Shown piece by piece: positions 61,560-64,000 of a stretch of DNA of 64,000 nucleotides (the stretch's first letter is position 1; each line of letters starts with the position of its first letter). The stretch is from Lytechinus pictus (Eukaryota), in assembly GCF_037042905.1 (NCBI RefSeq), contig NC_087251.1, forward strand, positions 1,612,001-1,676,000, in the 5' to 3' direction. The notes beneath the pieces were generated by a model, which saw only the letters and a list, made by a program, of their open reading frames with translations, made no database searches and was not told where the DNA came from. The translations under genes and the position numbers were made by a program.

Positions 61560-64000
61560 GTCTTGTACAACCAACTCATGTTGTAGTTAGTTCAACAATC
61601 CTAGAATTATATTGGTTTGAGCCTTCACAGCCAAATGGAATCATCACTTCTTACATGCTTTACCGCAATAGTGAACTTGTCTACACTGGCAACAATTCTG
61701 TTTTGATGTATGTTGACACTGGCTTAACACCTAACACCAGGTATGAATATGTGGTGTCAGCTTTGACCATTGCAGGACAATCAAATAGCACCATCCATGT
61801 AGCACAGACACCATTTCTAACACCAGAGGGTATACCACCACCAACACTGACAGTGCTATCTGCAAGGTCAATCCGAGCAGTGTGGACTCAGCCGACTGTT
61901 CCTAATGGCGTCATAAGACAATATGGTATTGTTATCCTTAGTGGAACTCCAGATGAAAGAAGATTGGTATCCTCAGATGACACAACTCTAGTAGTGGACA
62001 ACTTGACACCATACACCCAGTATGATATGAGAGTTCAGGTTTGCATTGATACTGGATGTGGAGTAGGACCAAGAGCTTATGCAAGGACATTTGAAGCACC
62101 ACCAGAGGAACAGGGTGCCCCTGCCTTAGTATCCACAGGACCAAGTGTAGTAGAAGTCTCATGGGAACCCCCTGCTAAACCAAATGGTATCATCCAACAA
62201 TACTTTGTATATCGTAGGCAGTATGGAACAACTCAGGAACTTCTTGTGTTTCTTACTGAAACAGAGCAGAGTTTTGTGAATGCAGGAGGGGGATTGGCTG
62301 CATTCAATCTCTATGAATACAGAGTAAGAGCACAAAATTCACAAGGAACCACAGATAGTCCGTGGGCATCCATTAGAACTCAAGAATCTATTCCCATAGG
62401 TATTGCTGCACCAAATCTTGTAGCTGTCAGTCCATATGCAGTGCAAGGCACATGGTCACCACCCTCTTCACCGAATGGTATCATTGCCTACTACCGCATT
62501 GAGTACCAAGAACGACCAAATGACCCCACAGCCACACCTGCTGTTGTAGTAGCAGCAACAGTAGAAGCCACTGTCCTTCAAACTACATTTTATGGCCTTT
62601 TACCTTTCACATCATACCAGGTTCGCATTGTTGCTATCAATGGTGCAGGAGAGACGAGTGGTCCTTGGGGTCCTGTTACAACTCTTCAAGGTGTTCCGGG
62701 TGACATTGGACAGTTCTCAGTAGAGCAACAGTCCAATGGTTTAGCTCTGTTATTGAGGTGGGATGAACCTGGACAACCAAACGGTGTCATAACCAATTAC
62801 TTCATATATGAGGATGAGTACCTCATTGCACCAATATATACTGGACTCACAAGAGAATATCTCTTTAGGAGATTGACTCCTTACACTGAGTATGTGGTTG
62901 TTCTAGAAGCATGTACCAATGTTGGTTGTGGAAGAGGCAATCCACAGACTGTAAGGACTGCTGAAGTAGCCCCTGCTAATCAAGCTCCACCTACCCTTGG
63001 TTTTGTGAATTCCACAGCAGTTGTCCTGAACTGGAAGGCACCTGTGGATCCTAATGGGGCTATTACCCAGTATGATGTTATTAGAAGATCAGCAAGACCT
63101 GCTTCAACAGAGAGAAGGAAGAGGAACACAGATGATAGTGCCTTCACAGTTACAGTCGTCATTCATTCTGAGTACAACACTGATGACGAAGACTACACCT
63201 TCGTTGATAACTCTTTGCAACCATATCACATCTATGAGTATCGCATTCGCTCCATCAACTCTCAGGGTTCTGTAGACAGTGACTGGGTCCAGGTAGAGAC
63301 TGACCAGGCTGCTCCTCTTGGTGTAGCACCTCCCACTGTTAATCACATCACCAATACTCCCGGATCACTTGTTATTGGATGGACAGCTCCCACAGAAAGT
63401 AATGGCATCATCACTGGGTATCGACTGCAGAGGAATAGTAGCACTCCTTTCAGTTTTGAGGCAGATTATGGATTCCAGTTTACAGATATGAATCTTCAGG
63501 CATTCACCATATATGTCTATACCATCACAGTATGTACCCAGGGTGGCTGCACCACAAGCTCAGCCACCTCCATCAGAACTTTAGAGACAGCTCCCACATT
63601 TGTTGATCCACCAAGTCCAGTCGCTATCAGCTCTAGTCAGATCATGGTCAACTGGACAGTACCTTCCATTGCTAGTGGTGAGATCGTCCAGTATCGTCTA
63701 AAGGTTGATGATGAGGTACGATACAGTGGTTTAGGCCTTTCTACTACCATCAGTGGTCTGATTGCACACCAGGAGTACACATTTGTCCTTGAAGCTTGTA
63801 CTTCTGGTGGTTGTACTGACAGTCCAGAGGCTTTAGCTCGTCCATTTGAAGCACCCCCTATAGGAATGAATCCACCTTTGTTGAGGGTTCTTAGTGCTAC
63901 AGCCATTGAAGCAAGCTGGTCTGAACCCAATGAACCCAATGGTATCATATCACGTTATGAGTTACGTAGAGATGGAAAACTAGTATATGATGGTGATGCC
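61560..64000 (+). CDS. USH2A: Exon 56 (partial, at least 2,441 nt): about 8-9 consecutive FN3 domains
   Basis: tgcag| LVQPTHVVVSSTILELYW...YELRRDGKLVYDGDA, open to the window end; absent from the ORF track, presumably because it has no stop. Confidence 0.93.

Larger units (their letters stand above)
883..64000 (+). other. USH2A: Usherin gene model (56 coding exons in window, 3' end beyond window)
   Basis: Spliced translation is collinear with vertebrate usherin motifs (QFVGRMQD..CRCPDSHPRV, RPGYNDFYNTP, CLPLYNDKPFR, GFGGCM, QICCAG, YLFRRLTPYT). All junctions are GT-AG and phase-compatible; total 13,524 nt. Confidence 0.96.

Noticed and set aside
61938..63948. Minus-strand and off-frame ORFs as a nested or antisense gene
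   Set aside because: Shadows of the long exon 56 frame with no recognisable domains.

Overview
AT-rich animal genomic DNA, not prokaryotic. The repeat families suggest an invertebrate deuterostome such as a sea urchin, but that is my inference. Almost the whole window is one + strand gene, an usherin (USH2A) orthologue. I traced 56 coding exons by hand from ATG 883 to the window end. All introns are GT-AG with consistent phases, giving 13,524 coding nt (4,508 codons) with no stop; the gene continues beyond 64000. Domain order matches vertebrate long usherin: signal peptide, LamG-like, laminin N-terminal, laminin-EGF repeats, FN3, two LamG, FN3 array, CC-rich insert, FN3 array. Introns contain tRNA-derived SINEs, TTAA-flanked (Kolobok-type) and P-like non-autonomous DNA elements, small MITEs and microsatellites. 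The most unusual structures are: (1) about 53 head-to-tail copies of a 70-bp tRNA(Gln)-like unit in intron 10; (2) a 152-bp x7 array that amplifies the exon 27 acceptor plus the first half of the exon, leaving six decoy acceptors; (3) a sudden intron-free exon of more than 2.4 kb carrying an RRKR furin-type motif; (4) strong enrichment of TACATGTA in introns. Exon coordinates were read by eye. Comparisons with human USH2A come from my recollection of that sequence, not from a search.
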